A stretch of 43,463 bases of DNA from a virus (IMGVR_UViG_3300031519_000051:1-43463), one strand, 5' to 3'; positions 7,516-17,322 are shown, counted from the stretch's first letter. The notes: generated by a model from the letters alone, not told the origin. Program-made: numbers and translations.

Positions 7516-9283
7516 CTATAATGTCAATGTCATTCTCGTATGATGTAAAGCCGTTTTCTTTAACAACTCTCATCACATAGTTGACCCTTCCTATAAGTTC
7601 GTCTTTATGTGAGATTAGATAAACATTCTTATCTCCATCTCTTCCCATTTTCTTAAGAACACCTAATGAACTTTCAACACCTGCTGTATCCATGCCGCTG
7701 TCAATAAGCTCGTCAATGAACATTAAGTTAATCTTTTGGTATAAACTTTCCCAAACATCTCGGAATGCAAAGCTCATACCAAGTATAAGTCTATTACGTT
7801 CGCCTCTTGACAAGTTATCAAAGTCTAAGTCTTGACCTAATTGTGTAATTTCAACTGCAAGATCGTTTTGGAATACAACACTATGCGGAAGTCCTAGCTT
7901 GTCTAAGTAGTATGTTAATCTATTATTAAGATACATTAAGTTTTGATCAATAATCTTCTTACGAATAAAGCTATCTTTGTTTGTAAGTAGTTTTAATAAA
8001 AAGTCTTGATGTTCTTTAAATGTTGTTAGGTCGTTTACAGAAGACCAATCAATTTGTTGCATAGCAGTGTCATTTAATTCATCAATTTGAGCCTGATACG
8101 GATCAGCTTCGTTCTTTTTAGCTTCCCATGATTGCTTTAATCCCTCAACATTTTGTCTATGGTCGTATGCTTCCTTAGCACTTTCATAAAACGTAGTAGG
8201 TTTACCATTAATATCACCAATTTCTTGCAAGCCTTTAGCAACATCAGTAACCTTACCTGCAATCTCTGTTTGATATGCAATAGCATCAGCAAGTTCTTTA
8301 TTTTTACGCTCTGCAATCTCTGTTTTTTTGTCTGCATGTAGTTCTTGCCCACATGTATAGCACGTAGCATCGTCTAAATCTGCGATATCTTTAGTAGCTT
8401 TATCTACAGACTTGTCAGCACGTACTAATGCAGGTTCTAATGTGCTTAATTCCTTTTTAAGAGCCAAAATAGCATTATTATGTTTAGACCAATTTGATAA
8501 TTTTTCATGACTATCTAGTTCAATGTCAATATCTAAATGTTCTAGTTCGTTGATTGCGTCTTTTAGTTTTATAACATCAGATGTGCGTTTTCCAAGCCAG
8601 GCTTTTTGAGTACTTCTTAGACTAGTAATAGTAGTTTCAATTTTACTGTTAGCAGTCTGAATTGCTTCAATTTTAAGAGTCTCTTCTTGTATTAAATCCT
8701 TAGTTTGTTTAGTTTGATCTTTAAGTGCATCAGCTTTTTCACTAAGAATAGTAATACCTAGTAATTGTTCAATGATAGCACGTTGATCATTCTGTCGCAT
8801 ACTTAAAAACGGCTCAGTATAGGTGTTTAGAGCAACAATATGTTTAAACATGTCATGACTCATGTCAAGTAAGTCACCGATTGCTTCCTGAGTCTTTCGA
8901 CTATCGCCTTGTGACTCGTCTACTTGCTCCTGCTCACGTTCATTAACAAAGAATTTCAGTACATTAGGCGATCTGCCTCTTTCAATCCTGTAATCAACAC
9001 CGTTCTTTTCAAAATGTAGTGTGACTAACATGCCTTTGCTGTTAGTCTTGTTGATTAAGTTGTTTCTTTTAATATTTGTAAGTGCTTGCCCGTATAATGC
9101 ATAGCTTAATGCATTAATAATAGTAGTTTTACCAGTACCATTACGTGATCCAGTATCGTCACCACCTTGGTCTAAGTTTTCACCTAGTACAAGGGTTAAT
9201 TGTTCTCGGTTAAAGTTTACGGCCTGAGTCTGGTTACCAACACTCATAAAGTTTTTAACGGTTAAATCTTTGATTTGTATCAT
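7505..9283 (-). CDS. gp46: Recombination endonuclease ATPase subunit, T4 gp46 / SbcC-Rad50-like
   Basis: KNFMSVGN, Walker A NGTGKTT, coiled coils with a CYTC zinc hook, signature LSRGE, Walker B FIDE, ISH. Confidence 0.95.
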   Translation of the reverse strand: MIQIKDLTVKNFMSVGNQTQAVNFNREQLTLVLGENLDQGGDDTGSRNGTGKTTIINALSYALYGQALTNIKRNNLINKTNSKGMLVTLHFEKNGVDYRIERGRSPNVLKFFVNEREQEQVDESQGDSRKTQEAIGDLLDMSHDMFKHIVALNTYTEPFLSMRQNDQRAIIEQLLGITILSEKADALKDQTKQTKDLIQEETLKIEAIQTANSKIETTITSLRSTQKAWLGKRTSDVIKLKDAINELEHLDIDIELDSHEKLSNWSKHNNAILALKKELSTLEPALVRADKSVDKATKDIADLDDATCYTCGQELHADKKTEIAERKNKELADAIAYQTEIAGKVTDVAKGLQEIGDINGKPTTFYESAKEAYDHRQNVEGLKQSWEAKKNEADPYQAQIDELNDTAMQQIDWSSVNDLTTFKEHQDFLLKLLTNKDSFIRKKIIDQNLMYLNNRLTYYLDKLGLPHSVVFQNDLAVEITQLGQDLDFDNLSRGERNRLILGMSFAFRDVWESLYQKINLMFIDELIDSGMDTAGVESSLGVLKKMGRDGDKNVYLISHKDELIGRVNYVMRVVKENGFTSYENDIDIIDET

Positions 9284-10290
9284 AGTTCGTTATAAATGTC
9301 CAATAGCATTTTCTTATTGAAGTTTTCACTGTCAATAGCATTAATTTCACCAGCAACAATTTGATCAACACTTTCAAATTGTTGTATGTCGAGTTCTGTA
9401 GTAATTTCATCTAACTGTTTTTGCGGAATAAGACTTATTTCTCTACATTTGTAGTTGTTAATAAATGTTTCCTTAACAAAACTAGCTTCTTCATAGCTAA
9501 TAGGCAAGTCTAAGTTTACTCGTAAATACATATTAGGTTTAATTAGCGTTGCTTGTTCGTCAATTAACTGACTTAACTTAATTGTACGGTACTTAGGACA
9601 ATCTGGCCAGTTAAGATACACTGGTTCGGCATCGTTTTCTCTATCAAGTATCATCATGCCACGATCATCGTCCCATGCATCAGCATAGTTATGCGGAAAC
9701 GCATTACCTAAGTAGTGTACAACACCTTGCTGTTGTCGTTTATGGAAATGACCACTAAAAACGTATGATTGGTGTTTAAAGTCTTCTGCTTTAAGTTCAC
9801 CGTGGTCGGGCATCTGTACCATAGCATTCATATAGAAACTAGGTAACTCAAAATGACCAAACACGTACTTACTTTTAAGTGATCTAAGTTGTTTCCATTC
9901 GTCTCCAACCAGCCAAGGTACAATAGTTACATCTTCAATTGTAGTAATTTCATCTACAAAAGTAATACCTGGAATATGTTTAGCAAATGCTGTACTGTTA
10001 ACATCACGTTTGTCTTTATAATACAAGTCGTGATTACCATCAAAGAAGAAAAACTGTTCAAATGCAGAACCTAGCTTCTCCATACAACGAATAGTAGCAT
10101 CCATAGTAGTTAAGTTAAGACTGTTTCTATTATGATGCCAGTCTCCACAGAAGATACCAGTTTCGCAACCGGCGTCTTTTGCTTGCTCTATATACCAATC
10201 AACAAAGTTTTCGCAATCTTGATTGTGTACTTTACTGTTACCTTTTAGGCCAAAATGAATGTCTGTGAAGACTGCCGCTTTTCTAAACAA
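9280..10290 (-). CDS. gp47: Recombination endonuclease nuclease subunit, T4 gp47 / SbcD-Mre11-like
   Basis: Phosphoesterase motifs DIHFG, GDWHH, GNHD, GHFE, SGHFH. TTG start with SD GGAG. Adjacent to gp46. Confidence 0.95.
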   Translation of the reverse strand: MFRKAAVFTDIHFGLKGNSKVHNQDCENFVDWYIEQAKDAGCETGIFCGDWHHNRNSLNLTTMDATIRCMEKLGSAFEQFFFFDGNHDLYYKDKRDVNSTAFAKHIPGITFVDEITTIEDVTIVPWLVGDEWKQLRSLKSKYVFGHFELPSFYMNAMVQMPDHGELKAEDFKHQSYVFSGHFHKRQQQGVVHYLGNAFPHNYADAWDDDRGMMILDRENDAEPVYLNWPDCPKYRTIKLSQLIDEQATLIKPNMYLRVNLDLPISYEEASFVKETFINNYKCREISLIPQKQLDEITTELDIQQFESVDQIVAGEINAIDSENFNKKMLLDIYNEL

Positions 10291-10321
10291 ATTTTACTTC
10301 TCCAAGTGTTATATTGCTTTA

Positions 10322-10350
10322 ATTATACTGTCTTAATAACAAGAAGTCAA
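10322..10350 (-). promoter_or_regulatory. Sigma70-type early promoter for the gp47-gp46-hemC operon
   Basis: TTGACT (10350-10345), 17-nt spacer, TATAAT (10327-10322). Confidence 0.8.
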
Positions 10351-11186
10351 GACTTCTTTAAGGCTTTTTGAGCAGCCATCTCTCTTTTTTGTGAAGCTTC
10401 CCAATCTCCTTGAGACTGTCGTGTATAACTAGGATTCATGTCGTTCATTTCAAGAATATCGTCTCTAATGTTTTGATTCCGCTTCTCAATGTTAATAACA
10501 CGTACAAAACTGTTAGTTACTGCCGCAGTATAGTATGCAAACGGATTAGCAGACTTAGATTCGTCAAATTGTAAGCCAATTTGTGCTAGTTGTAGTATTG
10601 CTTGGCCACGCATTTCGTCATTGTATGTGTATCCACGTACATTTCCTCTTGTTGCGTATCGATCACACAGTTTCATCCACATCATAGCAAGTTTATTTGT
10701 TGCTTTGCCACCACCTAAATCAAAATTACCATTTTCCATGCCACCGGTCCAGTGACTTTTACCTACACACACAAGTTCTTCATTTTCGTCAAACTTATAA
10801 TGCTGGAATGGTGGAAAATTAAGTTTTACTTTGTGGTCTGCAACAGTTTTTGGTGTCTTTTTACGTCCGGGTTCGTCCGGAACATGGTCAAACGACATAA
10901 TTCTAAAAATTAACTCTGTTTTTTGTATTGTTCGGTAGTCAACTTCAAACTCTGCTTGTTTAACTTTCTTACCTGCTAGTTTTGACGCATCAAATGCAGT
11001 AACTTGCAGTCGTTTGGCTTTATTTCGCTTTGCTTCTGCTATTGTTCGTATGTTTATCTTATCTGTACTAGGTAATATAATATCAAATTGATGATACTCT
11101 TGGTCAACATAGCTACAAAATGTTGATTTTGACTTATGTATCTCTTTTAGTATATCTTTGTTGTTTAAATAATTAACTCTTTTCAT
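10347..11186 (-). CDS. gp55: Late transcription sigma factor, T4 gp55-like
   Basis: NYLNNKD at the N-terminus and YTYNDEM...QFDESKSANPFAYYT...SFVRVINIEK, the gp55 core motif. Start moved from 11342 to ATG 11186 (MKRVNY; SD GGAG; promoter just upstream). Retains T4 synteny 55-47-46. Confidence 0.88.
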   Translation of the reverse strand: MKRVNYLNNKDILKEIHKSKSTFCSYVDQEYHQFDIILPSTDKINIRTIAEAKRNKAKRLQVTAFDASKLAGKKVKQAEFEVDYRTIQKTELIFRIMSFDHVPDEPGRKKTPKTVADHKVKLNFPPFQHYKFDENEELVCVGKSHWTGGMENGNFDLGGGKATNKLAMMWMKLCDRYATRGNVRGYTYNDEMRGQAILQLAQIGLQFDESKSANPFAYYTAAVTNSFVRVINIEKRNQNIRDDILEMNDMNPSYTRQSQGDWEASQKREMAAQKALKKS

Positions 11187-11207
11187 GTTTTCTCCAGTTG
11201 TTAATAC

Positions 11208-11236
11208 ATTATAATATACATACATTAAAAAGTCAA
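11208..11236 (-). promoter_or_regulatory. Sigma70-type early promoter for the gp55-like gene
   Basis: TTGACT (11236-11231), 17-nt spacer, TATAAT (11213-11208). Confidence 0.8.
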
Positions 11237-11237
11237 C

Positions 11238-11243
11238 TAAATA
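11238..11243 (+). promoter_or_regulatory. Late promoter TAAATA for the baseplate operon
   Basis: TAAATA followed by SD AGGAG (11252-11256) and ATG at 11267. Confidence 0.65.
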
Positions 11244-11266
11244 ATGTATATAGGAGTAAAATAAAT

Positions 11267-12130
11267 ATGATAGGCAGCTTTGCAAAATCAGCAGTGAAAA
11301 ATTTATCACAAGCATCACAAATGAGAAACGGGCAATCCCCACAACAATCTGTTTCAGATTTAGTAGGCAGTAGCATTAGCTTTGGAGAAAGTGTTATGCA
11401 GAACGGCTTCAAAAATACTGTTGAAGATGTGTTTTCAAATGGTGCTTCAGGGCTAATGAGTCTATTAAGAGGCAAAGGCATTCCTATTGATGGTTTAGCT
11501 GGTGGGCTATTCGGCGGCAATACGGCAAGCTGGGCACGTAATGACGATGAAGATTGGCGTGTGAAACTTTCTATACCTACAGGGTTTTCATTAGATCCAC
11601 TTTTACAAAATAAATTAAATGAAACTAACGGAATGATTTTTCCATATACTCCAACAGTTATATTTTCGCATAGTGCCTCTTACTCACAAATTAAACCTAC
11701 TCATAGTAATTATCCTTTCCCTATATATCAAAGTAGCCAACCTGACAATTTACAAATTACAGGCGAATTTTACATCGAAGGCGCTGATGAAGGAATGTAT
11801 TGGGTAGCATGTGTACATTATTTAAGATCTATTACAAAAATGGCATACGGACAAACTAGTAATGCAGGAACACCTCCTCCAATTGTATTAATCAATGGAT
11901 ATGGAGATTATGTTTTTAAAAATGTTCCAGTAGTATTAGCACAATTTTCTATAGATTTACCAACAGACGTTGATTACATATATGTACCTGAAGCAAACAC
12001 ATATGCACCAACAAGAAGTACTATAACAATACAAGCAATTCCAACATACTCTAGAAAAGAAGTACACAACTTTAGTTTAGATACTTTTGTAAAAGGTGGT
12101 TATGCTAAAGGTAAGGGAGGATTTATTTAA
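11267..12130 (+). CDS. Baseplate tail-tube initiator/cap-like protein (gp48/gp54-type)
   Basis: DWRVKL, GMIFPYTP, G..PPIVLINGYG.YVFKNVPVV..FSIDLP is typical of tube-fold initiator proteins. First gene of the baseplate operon. Start reassigned to 11267 using SD AGGAG. Confidence 0.6.
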   Translation: MIGSFAKSAVKNLSQASQMRNGQSPQQSVSDLVGSSISFGESVMQNGFKNTVEDVFSNGASGLMSLLRGKGIPIDGLAGGLFGGNTASWARNDDEDWRVKLSIPTGFSLDPLLQNKLNETNGMIFPYTPTVIFSHSASYSQIKPTHSNYPFPIYQSSQPDNLQITGEFYIEGADEGMYWVACVHYLRSITKMAYGQTSNAGTPPPIVLINGYGDYVFKNVPVVLAQFSIDLPTDVDYIYVPEANTYAPTRSTITIQAIPTYSRKEVHNFSLDTFVKGGYAKGKGGFI

Positions 12131-12426
12131 TGTATAGCGAAAGTAGTCCTTATTTTAAAACTCAAGTAGTATCAGGACAGTACTTAGATATTTTACAAAT
12201 ACGTCCAGTACCTGCAGAACCAGATGATGTTCTTTATACTATTGAAGTACAGTACACACATCGTCCTGACTTACTAGCATTTGATATGTACGGTGATAAA
12301 GATCTATGGTGGGTATTTGCACAAAGAAATATTGAAAAATTAAAAGATCCTGTTTATGACTTTGAAGCAGGCACAGAAATTTTTGTTCCAAAAGGCCCAA
12401 CATTAAAACAGTTATTAGGATTATAA
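12130..12426 (+). CDS. Baseplate wedge LysM-type protein, T4 gp53-like
   Basis: RPDLLAFDMYGDKDLWWVF..N..DP, the gp53/LysM-like motif. Confidence 0.8.
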   Translation: MYSESSPYFKTQVVSGQYLDILQIRPVPAEPDDVLYTIEVQYTHRPDLLAFDMYGDKDLWWVFAQRNIEKLKDPVYDFEAGTEIFVPKGPTLKQLLGL

Positions 12427-12427
12427 T

Positions 12428-15130
12428 ATGAATCCACAAAATTTATTAGATCGATTAAAAGCTAAAGGAACTGATTTAGCAGCTAAATCAGAAATTGCAG
12501 CAAATTCTGTTGCAAATAATTTAAAAACATCAGGAAACATTTCCGTTGGCGGTGTTGCAAGTGCGGTTGAAGGTGCGTTATCAGAAATTCGAGGATCCAC
12601 AGTTGATTTAACAAATTCTGTTAATGGCATAACTGGTCCTGCACTAGGGCAATTAGATTTAGCACAAGGCGGAATTTCACAAGTACTACAAAGTAAAATG
12701 TCTCAATCTCCTTTTATGAAAGGGTTAACTGGATTTGCTTCGGGAATATCTGCGTTATCAGGATCAGGACTAAGCGGCAAACAGCCAAACATGTTAGAAA
12801 GTTTTGCCAGTTATAATTATATTTTTACACTTGGTTGCTTAACTGATACAGAATTAAACTTTCCGGATTTAACATATCGATATAGAGATCCATTAATTAC
12901 AATTATTAAATCCGGCGGTGGCGATCTAAGAGGCAGTAGAACAATTTACGAACGCAACGGCAAAACCGAATATTTTATAGATGATATTGAAATAGAAACT
13001 ATTGTTGCTGGTAACCCTGGATCACGATCAACAAATGCCACAAGCATTAACTTTCAAGTATCAGAACCTTATAGTATGGGACTGTTTTTACAAGCATTAC
13101 AAATTGCAGCATTAAGTGCAGGACATAAAAACTATATTGAAGCACCATACGTTTTATCTGTAGAATTTAAAGGGTATAACGATGCAGGCAGGCCTATGAC
13201 TGCAAGACAAGGACGAAGGATATTTCCTTTAAAGTTTGTTAATATTGAATTTGAAGTAACAGAAGGCGGTAGTGTGTATGCAGTACAAGCAATTCCGTTT
13301 CACGAAGAAGCACTTAAAGATCAAGTACAAACTACAAGAAATGATATTACGTTTCACGGAAGAACTGTAGCAGAAATGTTACAATGGGGATTTCAAAGTT
13401 TAACTGCAAATGTTAATGAAAAATTACTTGAAGGTCAAAAAGTAGGAAACGCAGATAGATCAGATCAGTATATAATTATGTTTCCAACAGAAAAGTCTAG
13501 TGCGCTCGAGTCAGCAACGTTTGCTGCAGGCCAAGAAGCAGGTAACGATTCTGCAACAACTGCAGGTAACGGCGGAGCAAGTGCTCAAGGCGAATTAAGA
13601 GAATTAACAGACGAACAATTACAACGATTATATGAATCGGCTACAGGTGTACTTAACGGTAAAATGAATATGGCAGATTTTGAAGCTTCATTGGGCGAAG
13701 AAAGAGGAATTATCTTAAAACGTTCAAATCTTGGCGAGTCAATTAGAGAGTATGCTGATAAAGACGAAAATATTAATAATATTGGACAATCTATAATTGT
13801 TAAAAGCCGGTTAGATTCAGGCAAAAAGCCTATGGGTAAAGCTAAAGATTGTGAAAGCGAAGATACTCCAGGTAAAATTGATAGATGTAAAGTACAACCG
13901 TCTGATGATGCAAGAGTTATGACAGTAAGTTCTGGAAAAAAGTTTCAAGATATTATCGAAGAAGTTGTACTACTAAGTGACTTTGGTAGAAATATAGCCT
14001 CAGCAAAACCCGACGACAATGGTATGCTAGATTGGTTTAGAATAGAAACAAATGTTTATCAATCTAGTAGTTATAAGAACGTAGATCAAACTGGTAAGCC
14101 ACCAAGAATATTTGTATTTAGAGTCGTACCATATCTAGTTCATCACAGTAAGTTTAGAGCTCCAACAGAAAAAAGTAAAGGTATTGAGCAACTAAAGTAT
14201 ATTGCTTGCAAAGAATATAATTACATTTACACTGGTAAAAATAAAGATATTATTAACTTTGATATTAATTTTAATCATGCATTTTTTACAAGTATTGCAG
14301 GAGACTATGGACAAAAAACTGCTGATTCTTTAACTGCTGCAAGTGGAGCAAAAGTTGCTGGCAACAAGGTTGCTTCTCCTGGCGCTGCAGAAGCTGATAG
14401 TAATACTACTGAAATGACAAAACAAAATGCTAGTATAAATGCAGGAAACCCTGCAGATGCTGCAGGTCCAATGGTGCATCCGGAATCGGTAATAGCACGT
14501 AATTTTAATGAAGCATTAATGAATAGTCCTGTAGATTTAGTTACTTTAGATTTAGAAATTTGGGGAGATCCTTTTTACATTGCTGATAGCGGAATGGGAA
14601 ACTATAGTGCGCCAGCAGGGCCTACTCCTAATATAAATTCAGACGGTACTATGGATTATCAAACCGGTGAAGTTGATATTGAGATTAATTTTAGAACACC
14701 AATAGATTACGCAGGCAGTTATATGGAATTTCCAGGAGGCGGGTATGGCCCAGTAGGACAATTTAGCGGATTGTATCAAGTATTATTTTGTGCAAACAAA
14801 TTTAGTAAAGGACAATTTACTCAAACATTACAAACAATACGTAGACCAAAACAAGATAGTGATTCAAAACAAGTAGCTACAGATGCAACAGGAGCAGTAA
14901 CAATAGATAATCCAGAAAAGCAATTTGTTGCAACTGAAACTAATTCACTAACAGGTAATCCTGAAGGATCAACGGGATCAACAGGTGGTACATCTTCTGG
15001 TAACAGTGCTAATAAAAATAACGGATATGGAACTTCAAAATACGGTGAATTTGGACCAAGTAAGGCGACAAGCGCCGGTACAGTTAAAAAACCACCAGTG
15101 TATAATACTGATAAAGGCGGAGCACAATAA
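12428..15130 (+). CDS. Baseplate hub protein (gp27-like / phage late control D-like)
   Basis: 900 aa between the gp53-like and gp5-like genes; SYNYIFTL, FQVSEPYS, LEIWGDP, FSGLYQV....KFSKGQFTQTL. Confidence 0.6.
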   Translation: MNPQNLLDRLKAKGTDLAAKSEIAANSVANNLKTSGNISVGGVASAVEGALSEIRGSTVDLTNSVNGITGPALGQLDLAQGGISQVLQSKMSQSPFMKGLTGFASGISALSGSGLSGKQPNMLESFASYNYIFTLGCLTDTELNFPDLTYRYRDPLITIIKSGGGDLRGSRTIYERNGKTEYFIDDIEIETIVAGNPGSRSTNATSINFQVSEPYSMGLFLQALQIAALSAGHKNYIEAPYVLSVEFKGYNDAGRPMTARQGRRIFPLKFVNIEFEVTEGGSVYAVQAIPFHEEALKDQVQTTRNDITFHGRTVAEMLQWGFQSLTANVNEKLLEGQKVGNADRSDQYIIMFPTEKSSALESATFAAGQEAGNDSATTAGNGGASAQGELRELTDEQLQRLYESATGVLNGKMNMADFEASLGEERGIILKRSNLGESIREYADKDENINNIGQSIIVKSRLDSGKKPMGKAKDCESEDTPGKIDRCKVQPSDDARVMTVSSGKKFQDIIEEVVLLSDFGRNIASAKPDDNGMLDWFRIETNVYQSSSYKNVDQTGKPPRIFVFRVVPYLVHHSKFRAPTEKSKGIEQLKYIACKEYNYIYTGKNKDIINFDINFNHAFFTSIAGDYGQKTADSLTAASGAKVAGNKVASPGAAEADSNTTEMTKQNASINAGNPADAAGPMVHPESVIARNFNEALMNSPVDLVTLDLEIWGDPFYIADSGMGNYSAPAGPTPNINSDGTMDYQTGEVDIEINFRTPIDYAGSYMEFPGGGYGPVGQFSGLYQVLFCANKFSKGQFTQTLQTIRRPKQDSDSKQVATDATGAVTIDNPEKQFVATETNSLTGNPEGSTGSTGGTSSGNSANKNNGYGTSKYGEFGPSKATSAGTVKKPPVYNTDKGGAQ

Positions 15131-16797
15131 TGTCAACAGAAACACGTAGTCCAGCTGCTAAACCTGAAATTTCTAAAAAAGTTGAAGGTCCAGGACCGTA
15201 TATGGCTATAGTAAGAAATCATCTAGATTCTGAATATATGGGTGCAATTGAAGTAGAACTATTAAAGTCAAATTCAGAAGGTAATACTCCTGATGCTACA
15301 GGAGAAGTAGTTCCTGTAAGTTATTTAAGTCCGTTTTACGGTGTTACTCCATACAAGGCTGTAACTGAAAACGAAGGATTTGATCATACCCAAAAAAGTT
15401 ATGGGTTTTGGGCAGTACCACCCGATGTAGGAACTAAAGTATTAGTAATATTTGCTGAAGGTAATAGAGGCAAAGGTTTTTGGATTGGATGTATTCAAGA
15501 CGAAAATATGAACTTTATGGTTCCGGGAAATGCGTCAACAACATATAACAGTGAAGATCAAACTAAAGCAAAACCTGTCGGTGAATATAATAAAAAAACT
15601 GAAGAAGGTGTAGGCAAAGATAGCACTCAGTATTTAAAACCTTGTAATATGGATGCTTGCACAGTATTAACAAATAATGGGTTAGAAAACGATCCAACTA
15701 GAGGAACAACTTCGTCGAGTGCTAGAAGAGATTTACCTAGTATGGTATTTGGTTGGAGTAGTCCGGGTCCTTTAGATAGAAGACCGGATAAACCTACAGT
15801 TAAAGTAGGCGAAAAATTAAATCAAATAGATAGTCCGTCCAGCAGATTAACTGGTACTACTTTAGTTATGGATGACGGAGATAGTACATTATTTAGAAAA
15901 GGCCCTGCTGCAACTACACCAAGCGAATATGTAAGTCTTGCAGACGGCGGCGATCCTATGATACCGCATAATGAATTATTTAGAGTACGTACTAGAACCG
16001 GCCATCAAATATTATTACACAATTCAGAAGATTTAGTTTATATTGCACACGGTAGTGGAAAAAGTTATATTGAAATGACAGCCGGTGGTAAAATTGATAT
16101 CTACTCAGAAGATAGTGTTAGTATACATTCATTACAAGATTTAAATTTTAAAGCAGGTAGAAATATTAATTTAGAAGCAGGCCAAAATGTTAATATAAAA
16201 GTTGCTAATCAAATGTTAACAGAAACGGGTGCAAATTACGAAGTTAAAGTAGGCGCAGATGGAAAAATTACTTGTGCAGGAACTAGTAATATTAAGTCAA
16301 AGCATCATTACGAAACAGCTGATAGGATTGACATGAATGGACCAGCTGCAGCAGAAGCAGCTGCGGCTCATAGTGTTACTAGAACACCTGCTAAAGGTTC
16401 AGGACCAGAAAAAGAAAATAAAAATCCTGAAGAACACACTCCTGAAAAGCAAGATAATGAACCAACAAAGAAAAATACAAAAGCTGAAAAAAAAGTAAGT
16501 AAAGAAGTTACTCCAGCTGATACATTTAAAAAGTGTACAACGGAAAATTCAACAGGACAACAAGCTGCAGATGAGTTTGCAGGTGGTGATGTAGAAGGCG
16601 GCGAGTTTGGAACCGCAAAGGTCGTTGAAGACGGCCAACAACAATCAACAGGACAACAGGCAGCAAATACGTTTGCAGGCGGAGATGTACAAGGTGGAGA
16701 GTTTGGCGGCATATCATCAACAGCTACTAACTTAACCAACTCTGCCAAAGAATCAGCATCAAGCGGCACAGCTAAATTAGTTGGTAATGCAACTTAG
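15130..16797 (+). CDS. Baseplate central spike, T4 gp5/VgrG-like (OB fold plus beta-helix, no lysozyme domain)
   Basis: DSEYMGAIEV, PPDVGTKVLVIF.EG...GFWIG (gp5 OB fold), RTRTGHQI, beta-helix repeats, then a low-complexity tail. Confidence 0.8.
   Translation: MSTETRSPAAKPEISKKVEGPGPYMAIVRNHLDSEYMGAIEVELLKSNSEGNTPDATGEVVPVSYLSPFYGVTPYKAVTENEGFDHTQKSYGFWAVPPDVGTKVLVIFAEGNRGKGFWIGCIQDENMNFMVPGNASTTYNSEDQTKAKPVGEYNKKTEEGVGKDSTQYLKPCNMDACTVLTNNGLENDPTRGTTSSSARRDLPSMVFGWSSPGPLDRRPDKPTVKVGEKLNQIDSPSSRLTGTTLVMDDGDSTLFRKGPAATTPSEYVSLADGGDPMIPHNELFRVRTRTGHQILLHNSEDLVYIAHGSGKSYIEMTAGGKIDIYSEDSVSIHSLQDLNFKAGRNINLEAGQNVNIKVANQMLTETGANYEVKVGADGKITCAGTSNIKSKHHYETADRIDMNGPAAAEAAAAHSVTRTPAKGSGPEKENKNPEEHTPEKQDNEPTKKNTKAEKKVSKEVTPADTFKKCTTENSTGQQAADEFAGGDVEGGEFGTAKVVEDGQQQSTGQQAANTFAGGDVQGGEFGGISSTATNLTNSAKESASSGTAKLVGNAT
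16549..16707 (+). repeat. Two-copy 63-nt (21-aa) repeat in the spike C-terminal tail
   Basis: STGQQAADEFAGGDVEGGEFG (16549-16611) and STGQQAANTFAGGDVQGGEFG (16645-16707); period 96 nt. Confidence 0.9.
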
Positions 16798-16804
16798 GAC
16801 AAGG

Positions 16805-16810
16805 TAAATA
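16805..16810 (+). promoter_or_regulatory. Late promoter TAAATA
   Basis: In the intergenic gap, 4 nt before the gp25-like ATG. Confidence 0.55.
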
Positions 16811-16814
16811 CGTT

Positions 16815-17264
16815 ATGAGCACAGAAGAAAAAAGACTTTATCAAGAAATAACTGTAAAAGGTAATACTAGACCAGATTACGGATTAGGTTCAAAAACGTA
16901 CAAAGGATTTAGTACAGTTGATCCTGATCAATCAGGGTTTAATCTATACGATTTTTCAATTATTAAACAAGATATAATAAATCACTTTCATATAAGACAA
17001 GGTGAAAATTTAAGTAATCCAAATTTTGGAACAATCATCTGGGATGTTTTGTATGAACCCCTTACTGAACGACTAAAACAAATTATTGTTGACAACGTGA
17101 CTCAAATAGTTAATTATGATCCAAGAGTGAACGCAGTTAATGTTACGGTTGATCAGTATGAAAGTGGTTTGCAAGTTGAAGCAGAACTTGTCTTCTTACC
17201 GTACAATATTGTAGAACAAATGCGGTTTACTTTCGATCAAAGTAATGGATTTTTGACAACGTAA
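16815..17264 (+). CDS. gp25: Baseplate wedge / sheath initiator, T4 gp25-like
   Basis: IKQDIINHF.IRQGE...PNFGTIIWDVLYEPL...YDPRV, the GPW_gp25 motif. Confidence 0.9.
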   Translation: MSTEEKRLYQEITVKGNTRPDYGLGSKTYKGFSTVDPDQSGFNLYDFSIIKQDIINHFHIRQGENLSNPNFGTIIWDVLYEPLTERLKQIIVDNVTQIVNYDPRVNAVNVTVDQYESGLQVEAELVFLPYNIVEQMRFTFDQSNGFLTT

Positions 17265-17291
17265 ATAATATACGTAGTTTACTAAAACCAC

Positions 17292-17297
17292 TAAATA
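17292..17297 (+). promoter_or_regulatory. Late promoter TAAATA
   Basis: Intergenic, upstream of SD AAGGG and the gp6-like ATG. Confidence 0.6.
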
Positions 17298-17322
17298 CTG
17301 TTATACAATAAGGGAAAGCCAT

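Noticed and set aside
11187-11342. Long N-terminal extensions of the ORFs called at 11342 (-) and 11198 (+)
   Set aside because: They overlap each other and the promoters; SD-preceded ATGs at 11186 and 11267 are better starts.
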